Source: an uncultured Bacilli bacterium (GTDB lineage: Bacteria; Bacillota_I; Bacilli_A; RF39; UBA660). From it: a stretch of 43,903 nt of DNA. The stretch covers positions 1-43,903 of the forward strand of contig CANQHO010000003.1 of the NCBI GenBank assembly GCA_947623815.1, written 5' to 3'. This document shows positions 41,788 to 43,903 of the stretch, one piece after another; the first letter of the stretch is position 1, and every line of letters starts with the position of its first letter. A program made the position numbers and the translations under genes. The notes beneath the pieces are model-generated. The model was given only the letters and a program-made list of their open reading frames with translations, was not told where the DNA came from and did no database searches.

Positions 41788-42673
41788 TTTTAGCCTCCAA
41801 TATATCGACAAAACTTTCTATTCTAGTTTGGATACCACTATCACTACTTAAATCATCCACAATCAAATTTAAAGTTGGTAAGTTTAGTTTTCTAATAACT
41901 AATTCATTTACTAAACTATCTGGTCCACAAGGAAAACTAGATAGGAATATAACACCATCTATTTTTTTTAAGGAAAGCATGATACTGCCAATATTTTCTT
42001 TGTTGTATTTAAAGTACAATTCTTTACTAAGTTTTTTACTTTCTATTCTTGCTTTTTCTTCATCAAATAAGTCACTATATATTACTTGGACATTTAATTT
42101 TTCTAAACTTTCAATAATTGGTTTACCAATCATTTCATCATAACTATTGTATGGATGGGACACTAATAATATTTTTAAACCATCTTTATTTAATTTTTTG
42201 ATATTTTCTTTTATTTTTTGTTTTTTGGTTATGGCTACTTGTTCTTTAGCTTTTAAATAAGCTTTTTTTATTTCTTTTTTACTTTTGTTTAAATCTTTTT
42301 TTAGTTTTAAAAAACCTTTATATTCACTTTGTTTTTTTTCTAAATCAATATTGTAATTTAATATTTTATTGGGAAATATGTTACTGGCGATATCATAGGT
42401 GGAAAGAAAGTTAGTACATGTTTGATTGTTACTACCAAAGTTATCAATTCTCGGTATTAAAATATAGTCACAATCTTTTAAGTAAGCAATATGTCCTAAG
42501 TATATTTTCATACTAAGACACATTTCATCTTGGGCTAGTTTGTTTCCTAAATCTAATATTTCTTGATTGGTTGGTGGGGTTACTTTTGTTTCGATATTTA
42601 AATTGTCAAAAAATCTTAACCATAAATCACCATAATAGTAAAAATATAAACTCCTAGGGATTCCTATTTTCAT
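41780..42673 (-). CDS. Acyl-CoA dehydratase activase-related protein (DUF2229-like)
   Basis: MKIGIPRSL, DEMCLSMKIYLGH, HPYN, FPCGPDSL, TRIESFVDIL. Confidence 0.8.
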   Translation of the reverse strand: MKIGIPRSLYFYYYGDLWLRFFDNLNIETKVTPPTNQEILDLGNKLAQDEMCLSMKIYLGHIAYLKDCDYILIPRIDNFGSNNQTCTNFLSTYDIASNIFPNKILNYNIDLEKKQSEYKGFLKLKKDLNKSKKEIKKAYLKAKEQVAITKKQKIKENIKKLNKDGLKILLVSHPYNSYDEMIGKPIIESLEKLNVQVIYSDLFDEEKARIESKKLSKELYFKYNKENIGSIMLSLKKIDGVIFLSSFPCGPDSLVNELVIRKLNLPTLNLIVDDLSSDSGIQTRIESFVDILEAKNE

Positions 42674-42772
42674 ATTATCACCTTGTTTATTTTATGTCTT
42701 ATTTTTTTTATTTATGTTATTGTTTACAAATTATTTTACAAGGTATATACTAATTTTAGAAAGTAGGTATTT

Positions 42773-43630
42773 ATGACAAAGAAAAATATTTTAATTGCTT
42801 TTTTACTTAATTTGTTTTTTTCAGTTTTTGAATTAGTTGGAGGTTTTATAACGGGAAGTATTGCGATTGTGTCAGATTCGGTTCATGATTTTTCGGATGC
42901 TTTAACGATTGGTATTTCTTATTTTTTAGAGAAAAAAAGTTTAAAAAAAGCGGATAAAAATTATACTTATGGTTACAATCGTTATTCTATTTTAGGGGCG
43001 TTTTTAACTACTAGTATTTTAATTATTGGTTCTTTTTTGGTTATTTTTAATTCGGCTTCTAGGATTGTCAATCCGGTTGCTTTAAATTATGATGGAATGA
43101 TTTTTTTGGCTTTGATTGGTATTGTTATCAATGGTATAGCAAGTTTTGTGACTAGGGATAGTCATTCTTTAAATCAAAGATCAGTTAATTTACATATGTT
43201 AGAGGATGTTTTAGGTTGGGTTGTAGTTTTTATTGGCGCTATTGTGATTAAGTTTACTGATATTGTTTTAATAGATTCGATTATGTCAATAGGTGTTGCT
43301 TTGTTTATTTTGATTGAGGCTTTAAAAAATATGAAGGATACTTTGGATTTGTTTTTGGAAAAGACACCTAAGGATATTGATGTTGATAAGATTGAAAAAG
43401 ATTTATTAAAGATTGATCATGTAGTTAGTATTCATCATTTACATTTTTGGAGTTTGGATGATAATACTAATTTAGCAACTTTACATGTGGTGGTTGATAA
43501 AAATGATTGTTCTATTAAAAATGATATCAAAAATAAGTTAAAAGATTATGGGATTAGTCATACTACTGTTGAAGTGGAAAGTAAGGATGAAAAGTGTATG
43601 GATTTAAATTGCCATATTGAAAAAAATTAA
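42773..43630 (+). CDS. Cation diffusion facilitator (CzcD-like Zn/Co/Cd transporter)
   Basis: SDSVHDFSD, YTYGYNR, LHMLED, HHLHFWSLD, HTTVEVE; six hydrophobic segments. Confidence 0.92.
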   Translation: MTKKNILIAFLLNLFFSVFELVGGFITGSIAIVSDSVHDFSDALTIGISYFLEKKSLKKADKNYTYGYNRYSILGAFLTTSILIIGSFLVIFNSASRIVNPVALNYDGMIFLALIGIVINGIASFVTRDSHSLNQRSVNLHMLEDVLGWVVVFIGAIVIKFTDIVLIDSIMSIGVALFILIEALKNMKDTLDLFLEKTPKDIDVDKIEKDLLKIDHVVSIHHLHFWSLDDNTNLATLHVVVDKNDCSIKNDIKNKLKDYGISHTTVEVESKDEKCMDLNCHIEKN

Positions 43631-43674
43631 GTATAAATTTTACTTTTTTACTCATTTTATAAATGGGTGATGTT

Positions 43675-43851
43675 ATGGAAAAAAAGCAAGGTATTAAATG
43701 TTCAGTACATGATTGTACGCATTGTAATGCGGATAAAGATACTTGTAAATTAAAAGAAATTAAAGTTTGTAGTTGCACAAATGAAGAAAAAAAAGAAGCA
43801 ACTATGTGTGATTCTTATAAAAGAGTTGAACAAAATATCAAACAAGTTTGA
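43675..43851 (+). CDS. DUF1540-like small Cys-rich protein
   Basis: IKCSVHDCTH...CKLKEIKV...TMCDSY pattern; likely start MEKKQG at 43675 with GGGTGA RBS. Confidence 0.75.
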   Translation: MEKKQGIKCSVHDCTHCNADKDTCKLKEIKVCSCTNEEKKEATMCDSYKRVEQNIKQV

Positions 43852-43903
43852 TATGTATAACCTCACGATTATACTTTTCTACTTCTTAGAAGTCTCCTTC
43901 TCC

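Noticed and set aside
43563-43778. 71-aa minus-strand ORF
   Set aside because: Overlaps the CDF transporter and DUF1540-like genes on the opposite strand.
43886-43903. Possible 3' end (GEGDF-stop) of a minus-strand gene running off the window
   Set aside because: Only five codons are visible, too little to support a call.

Overview
Very AT-rich chromosomal window from a spore-forming, low-GC Bacillota bacterium. TGA is used as a stop codon (e.g. der), so the code is standard 11. The gene style suggests an uncultured gut Bacilli lineage such as RF39, but that is inference. Housekeeping and sporulation backbone: a CBS-domain pseudogene, spoVIF, spoIVA, der, engB, hrcA-grpE-dnaK-pepF-dnaJ with tandem CIRCE operators, a three-gene acyl-CoA dehydratase/activase-like cluster, a CDF metal transporter and a DUF1540-like gene. 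Embedded in it is an accessory region of about 22 kb (6-28 kb). It holds a stripped-down type VII secretion locus: essC, an esaB/yukD-like gene, four small helical WXG100-like or accessory genes, a 2351-aa multi-domain candidate effector (ART-like motif and C-terminal papain-like protease) and two downstream genes. No esaA, essA or essB is visible. The locus is bracketed by three paralogous genes sharing a signal peptide, Cys-rich repeats and a conserved TrbC/VirB2-pilin-like two-TM core. Each ends in a different enzyme head: Amidase_3, SGNH esterase or NlpC/P60-like. This polymorphic pilin-hydrolase family next to a minimal T7SS is the best candidate for an undescribed system. Other items: a 1.9-kb islet flanked by a duplicated spoVIF 3' end, an Rpn pseudogene whose C-terminal mini-ORF keeps a strong RBS, a candidate sRNA of about 70 nt, an ART-like gene coupled to a pentapeptide-repeat gene, and a membrane protein with 33-bp repeats and a type-IV-pilin-like C-terminus. 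All family calls come from motif recognition by eye; no database searches were run.
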